From a virus, in IMG/VR virus record IMGVR_UViG_3300013103_000024, positions 1 to 39,630 of that record: a DNA stretch of 39,630 bases, one strand, 5' to 3'. Under the pieces are notes generated by a model. It saw nothing but the letters and a program-made list of their open reading frames with translations. It was not told where the DNA came from and did not search any database. Shown here in pieces: positions 16,898 to 26,667 of this stretch (position 1 is the stretch's first letter; each line of letters starts with the position of its first letter). The position numbers were made by a program, and so were the translations under genes.

Positions 16898-17581
16898 ATG
16901 ACAGATATAACAACCTATAAGAAAAGACTCTTTGAGTTTTATGAACTGTATCACGATGTGCAAGACACAGCATCAGGGACCACAGTCACCGTGACTGGAA
17001 AAAACCCACATGCTGATGTGATAGCATCTTCAGGACACAAATTAAAACGAACACGAGTGTATGTGAATGGCATAAGGGCAACAATAACAGAAGTTGCAGC
17101 ATCTGGCGCAGATACGGTTATCACGGTATCTGATACAATCAATTCTGGGGACAAAGTAGACATATATCTCGCAACAACGGTGGGGACGCTTGTTAACAAT
17201 ACTGATACTGGAAAGTTCCCATTGGTTGAATTACAAGCATTGCAGAATTATAAAACCACTTCAAATACATTTGATCAACCCGGATGTGGCACGGAGCGTT
17301 TGGAAACCATTAAGTTTGCATCAGATGGTGAAGCAACAATGAATTTAATTCGCAGGGGTAATGATACTTTCAAAAATTTCATAATGGCACGACAAAATGG
17401 CAAATACTTAATGATCATTGCAAGAAATACTACAGATGCAGCTAACACAGTTTATGAGGTTATCTCTGAAGCAAGAGTTACCAGTTATAGCAGAGGCACG
17501 CGAGCAATTGATGCAAAGGGTGGTGAAGTTGTGGATCAAATTAAATTCCAATATGTACCACCAGTAGAAATTTCAACATAG
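16898..17581 (+). CDS. Tail-tube-like protein paralog 2
   Basis: 227 aa, AGGAG RBS, paralogous to neighbours. Confidence 0.55.
   Translation: MTDITTYKKRLFEFYELYHDVQDTASGTTVTVTGKNPHADVIASSGHKLKRTRVYVNGIRATITEVAASGADTVITVSDTINSGDKVDIYLATTVGTLVNNTDTGKFPLVELQALQNYKTTSNTFDQPGCGTERLETIKFASDGEATMNLIRRGNDTFKNFIMARQNGKYLMIIARNTTDAANTVYEVISEARVTSYSRGTRAIDAKGGEVVDQIKFQYVPPVEIST
16996..17097 (+). repeat. 102-nt perfect direct repeat, copy 2
   Basis: Identical to 15890-15991. Confidence 0.95.
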
Positions 17582-17592
17582 AGGTAAAAATC

Positions 17593-18297
17593 ATGGTAAG
17601 ATCAAGTTTATTTTCAGATGAACAGTATGATATATATGAATGTTATGTCGAATCGGGGCATGAAGTTACAAGTGGAGAAGAAGACAATGGTTACATTGAT
17701 ATTGCTGGGGTAGAACCACATGCAGTTGTGATCGCTAATAAAGAATATGCAAGAGCCTACAGAGATGGTGCACTTGCAACAGTCACATCAGTAACTCTCC
17801 AGGGTGGCACAGATGCACGTATAACCATTACTGGTATCACTGAAGGTGAAATAGTAGATATATATTTCCCTGTTACTGGAACGGGTTGTGGTTCGTTAAT
17901 ATCAAATGTCAATACAGGTAAGCTTGCTCAGGTACGTATGCAAAATATGCAGTCTTATGGTGTTGAATCAAACCTTGCAAAAGTTCCAGAATGTGGTACA
18001 GAACGCAAAGAAACAATTGAATTCGCATCAGCTGGCATAATTGTGCTTGGATTAAATCGATATGGCAATACTGCAATGGCAGACTTTACTCTTGCACAGC
18101 AAAAAAAGAGTAATGGTGATGAGAGATATTTACTGATTGATGTAATTGATAAAACGGTTTCACCAGCTACACATGATCTGTTACTTGAAGCAAAAGTTAT
18201 TGACTATGAAGATGTAGCAGAAGCAGATGACAGTATCAGGGGAATTGTCACTGATATCATAACGTTCAAATTCGTTCCAGATGTGGTGACACTATAG
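17593..18297 (+). CDS. Tail-tube-like protein paralog 3 (more diverged)
   Basis: Shares PHA.V, GEIVDIY, NTGK, CGTER.ETI.FAS, EA.V, D.I.F.FVP with the two preceding genes. Confidence 0.5.
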   Translation: MVRSSLFSDEQYDIYECYVESGHEVTSGEEDNGYIDIAGVEPHAVVIANKEYARAYRDGALATVTSVTLQGGTDARITITGITEGEIVDIYFPVTGTGCGSLISNVNTGKLAQVRMQNMQSYGVESNLAKVPECGTERKETIEFASAGIIVLGLNRYGNTAMADFTLAQQKKSNGDERYLLIDVIDKTVSPATHDLLLEAKVIDYEDVAEADDSIRGIVTDIITFKFVPDVVTL

Positions 18298-18306
18298 GCA
18301 TTTTAA

Positions 18307-18341
18307 TGCTCGGCTCAGTGCCGGGCAGTATTCTTTTTTTT
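18307..18341 (+). terminator. Hairpin plus T-tract terminator-like element
   Basis: TGCTCGGC-TCAGT-GCCGGGCA (8 bp, one G-U) followed by T8 at 18334-18341. Confidence 0.5.
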
Positions 18342-18354
18342 GAGATGGTTGATA

Positions 18355-21300
18355 ATGTCCACATGGCGAGAACGAATTAAAATACTTAAAGATGAAGAAA
18401 AATATTATCGTGGAACATACCTGAGTGGTTCAAAACTTGACAATTTTTTTGATTTATTACGGATAGGAGAATATGCTGCAGGTGGTGTTATCCTTCGGCA
18501 CCGGCAGATAAAAGCTATATATGGATCACAGTGGGCAAACCTCAGATTGCCAGCCACAATTGGTGAAGGTGTTTATAGTGGGATTAAGCATCGTATAAGT
18601 CCATCAAAAGCCCTTGAGGTGGAGGGATTTTGGACAAGTCTTGCAGTAGACACAGCATTTGATCCTACTACATACACTGGTTATGGGGTATGGAAACTTT
18701 TAAGATTTACAAAGAAGGGTATTCCAAAAGCAGCAAAACATGTAATACCCCGTCTTCCCGAAGCAGCACAGAAACCAATCACGAAAGCAGGAACTAAACT
18801 TAATATAATAACAGATGCACTTGGTGAAGCTTTTGTTCCTGGATATTGGTTAAAGAAATTGCCTGGAAAATATGGTGAATATTTTGGAGATTATCTTGAT
18901 TGGGTATTACGGAAAAAGGGAGCAACATTACAGGCATTCCACGAACTGAAAGTAATGGCACATCCATTTAAAAAGCGCGGTGCAGAGATTACAAAATATA
19001 TTGAAAGTGGGGTTGACACAGGTGATAAGGCACTCAATAAATATATTGATGAAGTAATCAAACCATATATTGCTGCAATGCGTGAAGCAGAAATTGTTCG
19101 TGGAATTGATGTTGGAGAAGTTGCTGGATATGTACATCATACACTTACAAAACAAGGTAAGAAGTTTGTTGAAGAAATGGGTGGGATGCCAGAAGTTATA
19201 AAATATTATGCTCAAAAAGTCAGGGCGCCGTATGCAGAAGAACGCACACTTAAAGGAACTATTGAAGAGATTAATAAGGGATTTGGTTTTGATTTTTTTG
19301 AACCCGATTTCTGGAAAGCAACAGCAATTCGTTCTAAAAAACATGTAGCTGACATCTACACCGCGGACTGGTTCAAACATGTTCAGGAAAAATATGGTAT
19401 AGATGAACTTTCTGAAGCTGTTGGCACAGGAATTGGTTTTGTAAAGTCAACACATCCACAGATTGGGAAACTTTTACCAAAACCTATAGCGAAACATCTT
19501 GAAGAAATAGTGGAAGAACCAGCAATAACAGAAGGATTGGCAGCACTGCTTGGGAAATCGTATGATACTAAGGTGATGCCATTATGGAAACAAAGCGTTA
19601 CGGTAGGCTTTGGCTTCCTATTTCATTCTGCATTTTTCAGTCGAAATATATACAGTGGTATATATCAAAATTGGTTGAAGGCTAATATCTGGAATCCAAT
19701 ACACTATTATCGTGGTGTAAAAGCACGTCTTGGAAGGGGGACATTCAAAACAGCCGAGCGTGGCGAGATTACAGGTGCAGAGATGCAAGATGTACTTCGT
19801 GAACAGGCTGTCATAGGACAACCGGGGATGATGGATGTCACACATGAAGATATATGGGAACGGACTTTCTGGCAGAAAATACGAGATATACCATCGTGGC
19901 TTATGACTGAAACTGAGAACTTTGTAAGAATTGCTGAATTCATCAAACTTGCAGAACGGATGTCTTTCAAAGAATCACGCGATATAACTTATAAAACACA
20001 CTTTGCCTATCTTTCTGAATTTCATACAAAATTTGAAACAAAAATAATGAAACGGGTGTTTCCATTCTGGACGTGGATGTCAAGAAATATTCCTTTCCAA
20101 ATTGAACAAACTCTTAAACATCCATACAAACCTGCTTTTATTGGTAAACTCCAGCAAAAATTGATTGAACATTATGGGATGGAAGAAGAATATGAACGCA
20201 GAAATGAATGGCAACGGAACATGTTCCTCATTCCAAATATTTTCAAACGTGGAAAAAATAAAGGATGGATTGGTTTTGGTTTGCCATTCACTGATTTAAC
20301 TACTGATCTTGGTGATTTGTACTTTGCATTAAGTCCCATAAAAATAATACCTGAACTTGGATACATTGAACAAGATTGGGGAAGTGATGAATACAAAACA
20401 AAAAAACAAAAGAAGGCAATCGAACGTCTTGCTGTAGGTAGATATGGTTCAACAGCAAAAGGTATATTACGGAGAGAAGAACCCATTGATAAAGCATTAT
20501 ACCTTATGGGAATGCCAACATATGAAGCTGCTCCTGAAGAATTATTAGCAGAGTTCGAAGCATCAAGATATAAAGAACCTCGTCCAACCAAAGAACAGGA
20601 ATATGCTGCATGGGTTGAAGCAGGAATGCCTGAGAATTTTCGCATCAAAATCTTATATGCACCACCTGGTGGAATGGCAGGTACAAAGACAATGATACCT
20701 GAACCAAAATGGTATCAATTCTGGAAAAAACGTCCTGATAAACCAGAACCACCAAAGTTTGAACTTCTCGCACTACCAGAAGAATTGTATGAAGCATCAA
20801 AAGGCTTCAAGCCTACTCCAGAACAATTAAGATATATTCTTACCGGATCAGAAGAATTCTTACCAGAACAATATACATATAAATCTCCAATAGAATCTGC
20901 ATTTGCTGACGAATTTGGTGTAGCAAAAACATACCCCGGTGCAAAAGAAGCTCGATATGCTGAACTTATAGCTGAATGGAAAGCCTTTAAGGCGGGGAAA
21001 ATCCATCCTGAACAACCAACAGAAAAACAACTTATGGAATCATGGGAACGTGCAGGTAAACCAAAGTCATACAAACAAAAAATATATCGTGATGAATCTG
21101 GCAAGTTACTTGGTGTGTTAACATTTACTCCTGAAGAGCTTAAAGAGTTGAGTGGTTGGACACCGAGTGAAGCACAGAAGAAATGGATTTTCCGTGAAAC
21201 TGGTGCAGCTAAACTACCACCAATAGAACAGTTTAAAATATGGAAAGATGAGTTTGAAACCAAACAGGAAGAAGAAAGAGAATGGTGGAAGGAATATGGT

Positions 21301-21444
21301 GAATGGGATATTAACGCTCCTGTTGAAAGACGTAAATATGATGGATATGTTCATTTTTCAGCACAAGAACTGAGAATAACTGATGAACGCATGGCACGAA
21401 AAGAAGAACTCGAAGACTTGCTTGGAATTGGAATTGATCGATAA
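18355..21444 (+). CDS. Large (~1030 aa) virion protein: internal/ejection protein or atypical tape measure
   Basis: Long helical ORF after the tail genes; RVFPFWTWMSRNIP motif reminiscent of phage internal virion proteins; ATG at 18355 preferred to TTG at 18340. Confidence 0.5.
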   Translation: MSTWRERIKILKDEEKYYRGTYLSGSKLDNFFDLLRIGEYAAGGVILRHRQIKAIYGSQWANLRLPATIGEGVYSGIKHRISPSKALEVEGFWTSLAVDTAFDPTTYTGYGVWKLLRFTKKGIPKAAKHVIPRLPEAAQKPITKAGTKLNIITDALGEAFVPGYWLKKLPGKYGEYFGDYLDWVLRKKGATLQAFHELKVMAHPFKKRGAEITKYIESGVDTGDKALNKYIDEVIKPYIAAMREAEIVRGIDVGEVAGYVHHTLTKQGKKFVEEMGGMPEVIKYYAQKVRAPYAEERTLKGTIEEINKGFGFDFFEPDFWKATAIRSKKHVADIYTADWFKHVQEKYGIDELSEAVGTGIGFVKSTHPQIGKLLPKPIAKHLEEIVEEPAITEGLAALLGKSYDTKVMPLWKQSVTVGFGFLFHSAFFSRNIYSGIYQNWLKANIWNPIHYYRGVKARLGRGTFKTAERGEITGAEMQDVLREQAVIGQPGMMDVTHEDIWERTFWQKIRDIPSWLMTETENFVRIAEFIKLAERMSFKESRDITYKTHFAYLSEFHTKFETKIMKRVFPFWTWMSRNIPFQIEQTLKHPYKPAFIGKLQQKLIEHYGMEEEYERRNEWQRNMFLIPNIFKRGKNKGWIGFGLPFTDLTTDLGDLYFALSPIKIIPELGYIEQDWGSDEYKTKKQKKAIERLAVGRYGSTAKGILRREEPIDKALYLMGMPTYEAAPEELLAEFEASRYKEPRPTKEQEYAAWVEAGMPENFRIKILYAPPGGMAGTKTMIPEPKWYQFWKKRPDKPEPPKFELLALPEELYEASKGFKPTPEQLRYILTGSEEFLPEQYTYKSPIESAFADEFGVAKTYPGAKEARYAELIAEWKAFKAGKIHPEQPTEKQLMESWERAGKPKSYKQKIYRDESGKLLGVLTFTPEELKELSGWTPSEAQKKWIFRETGAAKLPPIEQFKIWKDEFETKQEEEREWWKEYGEWDINAPVERRKYDGYVHFSAQELRITDERMARKEELEDLLGIGIDR

Positions 21445-21466
21445 AGCATAACTATATATGCTTTAT
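21441..21466. promoter_or_regulatory. 10-bp inverted repeat ATAAAGCATA-N6-TATGCTTTAT
   Basis: Perfect palindrome arms at the end of the large gene, at the start of an AT-rich intergenic gap. Confidence 0.4.
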
Positions 21467-21529
21467 TTACTAAAGAAAAAAAATATTTTAAATACTAATG
21501 AATATTAGATTAACAGGTGAATAAACACT

Positions 21530-23080
21530 ATGCCAGTCCCATATCTTGAAGCACATGTCCCTGATCCTGATTATGAAAGCAGGGGGGATTATACTCACAT
21601 CCCATGCACCATTCGTAATATTAGTTCCAAGCATGATGCAGTAGATATACATCATTCACTATTTGAAGGTGACAGGATGTCATTTCATCAAATACTTACA
21701 TCAAGAGATGATGAACTCGACTGGATGCGTCCTATAAGATTTTATAATAAAAACCCTGATGATGGTGGTATTAAACTATTTGATGGAGTGATTATCAATA
21801 CCAAGTATGTTTATGTTGGCAATGATTATATGGCACTTGAAGTAAAAGCTGCAGGATGGTGGCGTGAACTTGCTCGTATGGAGTTCCATAGACCACAGGT
21901 ATATGACAGTACCTGGTCTGTTAATGAGATATATACTGACTTGGTGAGGATAGCAAACGATTGGGGTGTGATGAAGGAAGCTGTTTATAAATATGACACT
22001 TCTAAAATTCCTGAATACAGCACATATAACACACATTACACGACAGCAACTGGCACAGAATTTACATTTAACAGTGTTTATGAAGGAATGCAGACATTAA
22101 TACAGTATCTTGATAGTGTGGTTCCATGTGCATGGGAATTCGGTTTAAGGATCGAAGCATTACCACGACTCGATGGCATATCACAGGCAGATGTTAAAGA
22201 TTATATCTACATCCTGCCATTTCCAATCAACATAAATAAACCAGTGGAGACAACCTTTAAGCGTTTCCAACTTGTGGCTTCTGGTGGAAATTCACGGGGT
22301 TATACCATTCAGAAGGACTACAAACAGTTGGCAAATGATTGTGTTGCTATCGGGGATGGAATTAGAACACAGCAGATTGGAACGGCTAAACCACTTAATA
22401 GAACGCAATTGAGTGGTTATCCAGATGATAATGATGTAAACCTATCAAAAGATAATGACACTCTTGCATCTCATTATCTTCGAGTTACTATTGAAAATCC
22501 AACAGTTTCAAACAAAGTTGGTTGGGTTCGTATTCATAGAGTGGAGGGGGAGACTAATTATACGGAAAAATTTGCTATGCAAGTTCCTGCAGGTGAAACA
22601 CAAATTCACTATACATCAGAACGTACTGGTGATGGTTTAATACATACCGATTGTTTTAATTTTGTTTATTTTGCGGACTGCTATGTTACAGTCGATGAAA
22701 TCACAAGTGATGATTCACCCTGGTATACTACAATTGCAGGCAAATCAATTAATGACTATGGTTATGCTGGAAAAACTATTGAAGCTCTCTGGTTGACTCA
22801 TGGAACTCCTGAAACAGCACAGGATAGAGTTAATCTCATAGCTGGTAAACACTGTCGTTTATATCATGCACCAATTCATCGAGTGTACGCACCAATTAAA
22901 AACAAATACACGTCTTATGACAATCTAATAGGCTGCACAGCAGAGTTTCATTCACCTTACAGTGAAATTCTTGATAAATTTTTAATCACAGATGCTACAT
23001 ATGGTTTTAAAGGAACAGCGGTTACACAATGTTTAATGGGTATGAGATATGAATATGATTGGGAATATGATGATGTGTGA
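21530..23080 (+). CDS. Baseplate hub/minor tail protein-like
   Basis: 516 aa after the large virion protein; KDYKQLANDCVAIGDG resembles hub-protein motifs. Confidence 0.5.
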   Translation: MPVPYLEAHVPDPDYESRGDYTHIPCTIRNISSKHDAVDIHHSLFEGDRMSFHQILTSRDDELDWMRPIRFYNKNPDDGGIKLFDGVIINTKYVYVGNDYMALEVKAAGWWRELARMEFHRPQVYDSTWSVNEIYTDLVRIANDWGVMKEAVYKYDTSKIPEYSTYNTHYTTATGTEFTFNSVYEGMQTLIQYLDSVVPCAWEFGLRIEALPRLDGISQADVKDYIYILPFPININKPVETTFKRFQLVASGGNSRGYTIQKDYKQLANDCVAIGDGIRTQQIGTAKPLNRTQLSGYPDDNDVNLSKDNDTLASHYLRVTIENPTVSNKVGWVRIHRVEGETNYTEKFAMQVPAGETQIHYTSERTGDGLIHTDCFNFVYFADCYVTVDEITSDDSPWYTTIAGKSINDYGYAGKTIEALWLTHGTPETAQDRVNLIAGKHCRLYHAPIHRVYAPIKNKYTSYDNLIGCTAEFHSPYSEILDKFLITDATYGFKGTAVTQCLMGMRYEYDWEYDDV

Positions 23081-23089
23081 AGCAACATT

Positions 23090-23323
23090 TTACTGCCTAT
23101 AATCTCCATGCTGATATTGATATTCTGCATGCTCCATATCTTCAATACTCATAGAAGAAGGAAAGTATAGGCATTTGTGTCTATGAAAAACATTGTTTTC
23201 ATCACAATGTCTTATAGGTTGTTTTGATGCACATGCTCCACATTCATCTGTTTCAAGATCGTGGAATATAAATTCAAGCCCTTTCTCTTCTGCTTCTTTT
23301 TTTGCTGTATTAAAGTCTGTCAT
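23090..23323 (-). CDS. Hypothetical protein (Cys/His-rich)
   Basis: 77-aa ORF, last gene of the leftward late operon. Confidence 0.5.
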   Translation of the reverse strand: MTDFNTAKKEAEEKGLEFIFHDLETDECGACASKQPIRHCDENNVFHRHKCLYFPSSMSIEDMEHAEYQYQHGDYRQ

Positions 23324-23347
23324 AAGTGTTAAGATGAAAGAAACCCA

Positions 23348-24091
23348 TCAACTTGTAGGTGGTAAAACCACTGTCCCTGTACCACCACCAGTGCCAGCGG
23401 TTTCACAAAGTAATGACATGGTCTTATCGAATGTAATCGCTGCTTGGCTACTATAATCACCAAAACCGATATGCAACACACCACCAGCAGCCAACGCGTT
23501 TATACCTGCATTAATCGTTTGTTTTGCAAGAGCCCACGTTGAACCATCATTGGCATCATCACCAGAAGCAATATCAACATAGATTGTATCAGCAGGAATA
23601 TGGGTGACAACAATGTATGGATCATTTGCACCCTCTTTCGAACTGAATACATGATTACCATTATCTGTTAATGCTCGCATATATACACCAAAGTAATCTA
23701 GGCCTGCATTATATGCATCAGCGAATATAGTTGTTAAATCAACTTGGTGCCAACCATCATCGCCAGAGATACTAACATCTGTCTCATGAATAGATGTAGT
23801 GGATGGTTTATTTGAGTTCCATGTTATTGTGCTTTCATCAAATTGACTAGTGGTTCTTTGAAACCTAACAGTATCATCTCTATCGTTACCGAATATTATA
23901 CAGTAATGAAATATTGCTGAAGAGATTATATGATTTGCAGGTAAAGACGATATATCATATTCCATATAAACTCTATTTTCATAGCTGCCCATATCATCAA
24001 CACTCAAACTTGTTTCCGAGCCATAATTATTATCTGGGTCAGACTCATCTATAGTTGCATCTTTAGATGTGTATAATGTAGTAGTTACCAT
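23348..24091 (-). CDS. DNRLRE/disaggregatase-repeat-like surface or virion protein with C-terminal DUF1565-like start
   Basis: KDATIDESDPDNNYG...NRVYMEYDISSLP...SAIFHY and FSSKEG..PYIVV; then IYVD...GDD.NDGSTW..AKQTI..GI. Confidence 0.65.
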   Translation of the reverse strand: MVTTTLYTSKDATIDESDPDNNYGSETSLSVDDMGSYENRVYMEYDISSLPANHIISSAIFHYCIIFGNDRDDTVRFQRTTSQFDESTITWNSNKPSTTSIHETDVSISGDDGWHQVDLTTIFADAYNAGLDYFGVYMRALTDNGNHVFSSKEGANDPYIVVTHIPADTIYVDIASGDDANDGSTWALAKQTINAGINALAAGGVLHIGFGDYSSQAAITFDKTMSLLCETAGTGGGTGTVVLPPTS

Positions 24092-25272
24092 TATCCCACC
24101 ACTATTTTTACACTACAACCAGTAGATACTTTCAACTCCATATCGCCGGTTGAATCGTTCATTTGAATTGTCCCTGTTTTATGATTGGTTGGTTCACTTG
24201 TCATTTTTATAAGTTGAGCATTAATTTTCGCCCACGAGTAGCTTTCTTGTTCTTCAAATTGAAATTCACAATCATCGACATCCCATATTATCCGAGCGTC
24301 GCCACCACTTTCACCACGATTAAAACGCACAGATGTACAAACTTCAGGACCCGTGTTGTCTTGATCAATTATAAAAGATGTATTATTTGTGCCTGCTATA
24401 TTATCAAGATCAACCATCCTTGCAGCATCAGTTGAACTTGCATCACCAGCACCAAGTCCTTCGATCTTTCTTCCCCCCATGTAAATCCCACCATTTGTAC
24501 ACCATAATGCGTAATCTGAAGTCCCCTCAGAGCAGAGTATTCCTAATTGTGAACCTGATGAACCATGTAATTTAATTCCATAACTATCGTATGCATCCAA
24601 CCAATCTATGTTTTTAATCTTATTATCCCCCATATCCAATGAACCAGTCATTGCTTTACTACCATCAAGAGGAAGATAATCATCAAGATCAACCATCCTT
24701 GCAGCATCAGTTGAACTTGCATCACCAGCACCAAGTCCTGTGATCTTATTATTCCCCATAGCAAGTTCTACTGCAGAAGTAATCACAGTATCTGCTATAG
24801 TCAACCGGGTGTTACCTTTGGGTACTAACATAATATCACCCCCGGTTGTTACCGTGGTGCCCATGTACAGGTCATTAGATGAAACCATGAACATATCAAC
24901 AGTGTTCGTATGCACATCACCTAATATATTGTCTGCACTGTCCCTTAAATACAAAGTAGGAAATGTGGTGTCTGTTGGCTTTATGTTCAAACAAGGATTG
25001 GTTTTATTTATATACAAATCACCAGTCAGCGGATATTCTGATCCTGCTGTAAGAGGGAGATAAGCACCTGATGCACCCCCTGCATCAATCTCAACTCCCG
25101 CTGTTCCTGCCTTACGGTAATATATCTTCCCATCCTTACCATAGAGTTCTGCAGGATTATCATTTGTGTCGTATGACATTGTAATACGTTTAAAACGCCT
25201 CTCGGACCATTCAATCTCTTGTCGTATTGTTTTACGTACTATGTCCTGTAATGGGTTGATGTGTGTTAACAT
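24091..25272 (-). CDS. Tail-fibre-like protein with internal repeat
   Basis: Gly/Thr/Asp-rich; fibre-type motifs MGNNKITGL, LPLDGSKAMTGSLDMG; GLGAGDASSTDAARMVDLD occurs twice. Confidence 0.65.
   Translation of the reverse strand: MLTHINPLQDIVRKTIRQEIEWSERRFKRITMSYDTNDNPAELYGKDGKIYYRKAGTAGVEIDAGGASGAYLPLTAGSEYPLTGDLYINKTNPCLNIKPTDTTFPTLYLRDSADNILGDVHTNTVDMFMVSSNDLYMGTTVTTGGDIMLVPKGNTRLTIADTVITSAVELAMGNNKITGLGAGDASSTDAARMVDLDDYLPLDGSKAMTGSLDMGDNKIKNIDWLDAYDSYGIKLHGSSGSQLGILCSEGTSDYALWCTNGGIYMGGRKIEGLGAGDASSTDAARMVDLDNIAGTNNTSFIIDQDNTGPEVCTSVRFNRGESGGDARIIWDVDDCEFQFEEQESYSWAKINAQLIKMTSEPTNHKTGTIQMNDSTGDMELKVSTGCSVKIVVG
24403..24739 (+). repeat. Two identical 58-nt direct repeats (24403-24460, 24682-24739) in the fibre gene
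   Basis: Direct comparison. Confidence 0.95.
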
Positions 25273-25276
25273 AATT

Positions 25277-25525
25277 TTACTGAATCAATAATGTGTATGC
25301 ACGCAACATGCCTTCAAGTTGATGTCTTTCTTTCTCCTGTTCTTTAAGTATGCGTTCAATCTGTACCTTTTGCCCCATCGTGTTGATTGAAGCAGTGGTT
25401 ATAGCTTGTAATTGCTGCTGGATTTGTTGAATCTGCTGTTGTATATTCTGTTTTTGTTTTTGTTTAAATGCATTTTCAATCTGTTCTTTTGTTTCTTCAA
25501 TTTTCTCATTTGAATTATCTGTCAT
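25277..25525 (-). CDS. Gln/Glu-rich coiled-coil protein
   Basis: ATG at 25525 overlaps the holin-like gene stop. Confidence 0.55.
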   Translation of the reverse strand: MTDNSNEKIEETKEQIENAFKQKQKQNIQQQIQQIQQQLQAITTASINTMGQKVQIERILKEQEKERHQLEGMLRAYTLLIQ

Positions 25526-25706
25526 TTTCAATCAATCCTTCGTGTGTAACCATCCGCAACACAAGATTTACCACGATTATTACAGAGGCTTGTGCTTCCA
25601 AATCAATTATCATTCCTGTCGATGTCTGTACTGCAAGAGCCACCAGTGCAATAAAGTTTGCCCAGATGGTTTTACTTCTTATCAATTTATTCCAGTTTAT
25701 CTGCAT
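25515..25706 (-). CDS. Holin-like membrane protein (two hydrophobic segments)
   Basis: LIRSKTIWANFIALVALAV and VIIVVNLVLRMVT; RBS AGGTGA before ATG 25706. Confidence 0.6.
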   Translation of the reverse strand: MQINWNKLIRSKTIWANFIALVALAVQTSTGMIIDLEAQASVIIVVNLVLRMVTHEGLIENDR

Positions 25707-25718
25707 TTTCAATCACCT

Positions 25719-26171
25719 TTAGCTTACTGAATCTGCGAATGCTATTGCCATTCGTTTAGCATCATCAAGAGTTTTCGCCGTGAACCCGACTGGCAAACTC
25801 ATATCTTCTTCAGGATGTTGGCTCAGATATTCAGCTGTCCATCCTGACATTGCTGTGCAATCACCTTCTTTTACAACATCTCCAATACCAAAACCACACA
25901 TAGCCCGATGTGACCACCCATACCATTTTTGATCTCGCTCTGAAAAACCAATCGAACAAATGCAATCAGTTTGTCTAATTTTTTCAGGAGCAATACCATA
26001 CTTCACAACCAGCCTATGTGCTTCCTTTGATGTTCCTATCCAGTCACCGTTTGGGGTATATGCCATTCGTTTCATCAGTGTTTTTTCACCAAATGAATCC
26101 CAGTATTCATCCCGAACGACATAGCCTGCTTTATATTTTCTTTCCCTAATTACTTCTGTTACATTTACCAT
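25719..26171 (-). CDS. Conserved-looking phage hypothetical protein (CSIGFSE..QKWYGWSHRA motif)
   Basis: Likely start ATG 26171 with GAAGG RBS; the ORF track's extension to 26354 overlaps the upstream gene. Confidence 0.6.
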   Translation of the reverse strand: MVNVTEVIRERKYKAGYVVRDEYWDSFGEKTLMKRMAYTPNGDWIGTSKEAHRLVVKYGIAPEKIRQTDCICSIGFSERDQKWYGWSHRAMCGFGIGDVVKEGDCTAMSGWTAEYLSQHPEEDMSLPVGFTAKTLDDAKRMAIAFADSVS

Positions 26172-26199
26172 AATTTTACCTTCCAAAAATTCTTTACTT

Positions 26200-26667
26200 T
26201 TAAAATTGTATAAAATCTGGTTTATAATCACTTTGTTTCCAGTGCATTGTTTCATCATTTTGAGGTTCGATAATAATGATCTGCATATCTTCTGATCGAA
26301 TTGTAAGATTAAACGCGTGATAACCTGCTGGCACACAGCCTTCGCAATATGCATACAGATAGTTCACATTATTGATTCGTCCTAACTCTCGTATTCTGCA
26401 TCTTGACTCAAGAGCAAAGTCATCACAATCGCTAACTGTCTTCAAGTATCGCATTTCATTGAGCGAATCTGTATTAAGCCATCTGATGAGTTCGGAATAT
26501 GGCGGAATAATATACATTCGATCTGAAATTCTTAGTTCTGCATCTGGATATGCTTTTTCAATTATGTCTACAATTTCATGTGCAAATATATCATAATCTG
26601 CGTTCTCGAATCGAAATGGTTTCTGTTTGGGACAAAGTGCCTGACAAATAATATGACGCAAGTTCAT
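26200..26667 (-). CDS. Papain/transglutaminase-like cysteine protease (Cys-His-Glu), candidate endolysin
   Basis: DCDDFA...YHAFN...IIEPQND catalytic pattern; located in the operon with the holin-like gene. Confidence 0.65.
   Translation of the reverse strand: MNLRHIICQALCPKQKPFRFENADYDIFAHEIVDIIEKAYPDAELRISDRMYIIPPYSELIRWLNTDSLNEMRYLKTVSDCDDFALESRCRIRELGRINNVNYLYAYCEGCVPAGYHAFNLTIRSEDMQIIIIEPQNDETMHWKQSDYKPDFIQF

Noticed and set aside
23348-25272. Second DGR target in the minus-strand adhesin genes
   Set aside because: No TR-like sequence seen by eye at the 3' ends of these or other genes; a formal search is still advisable.
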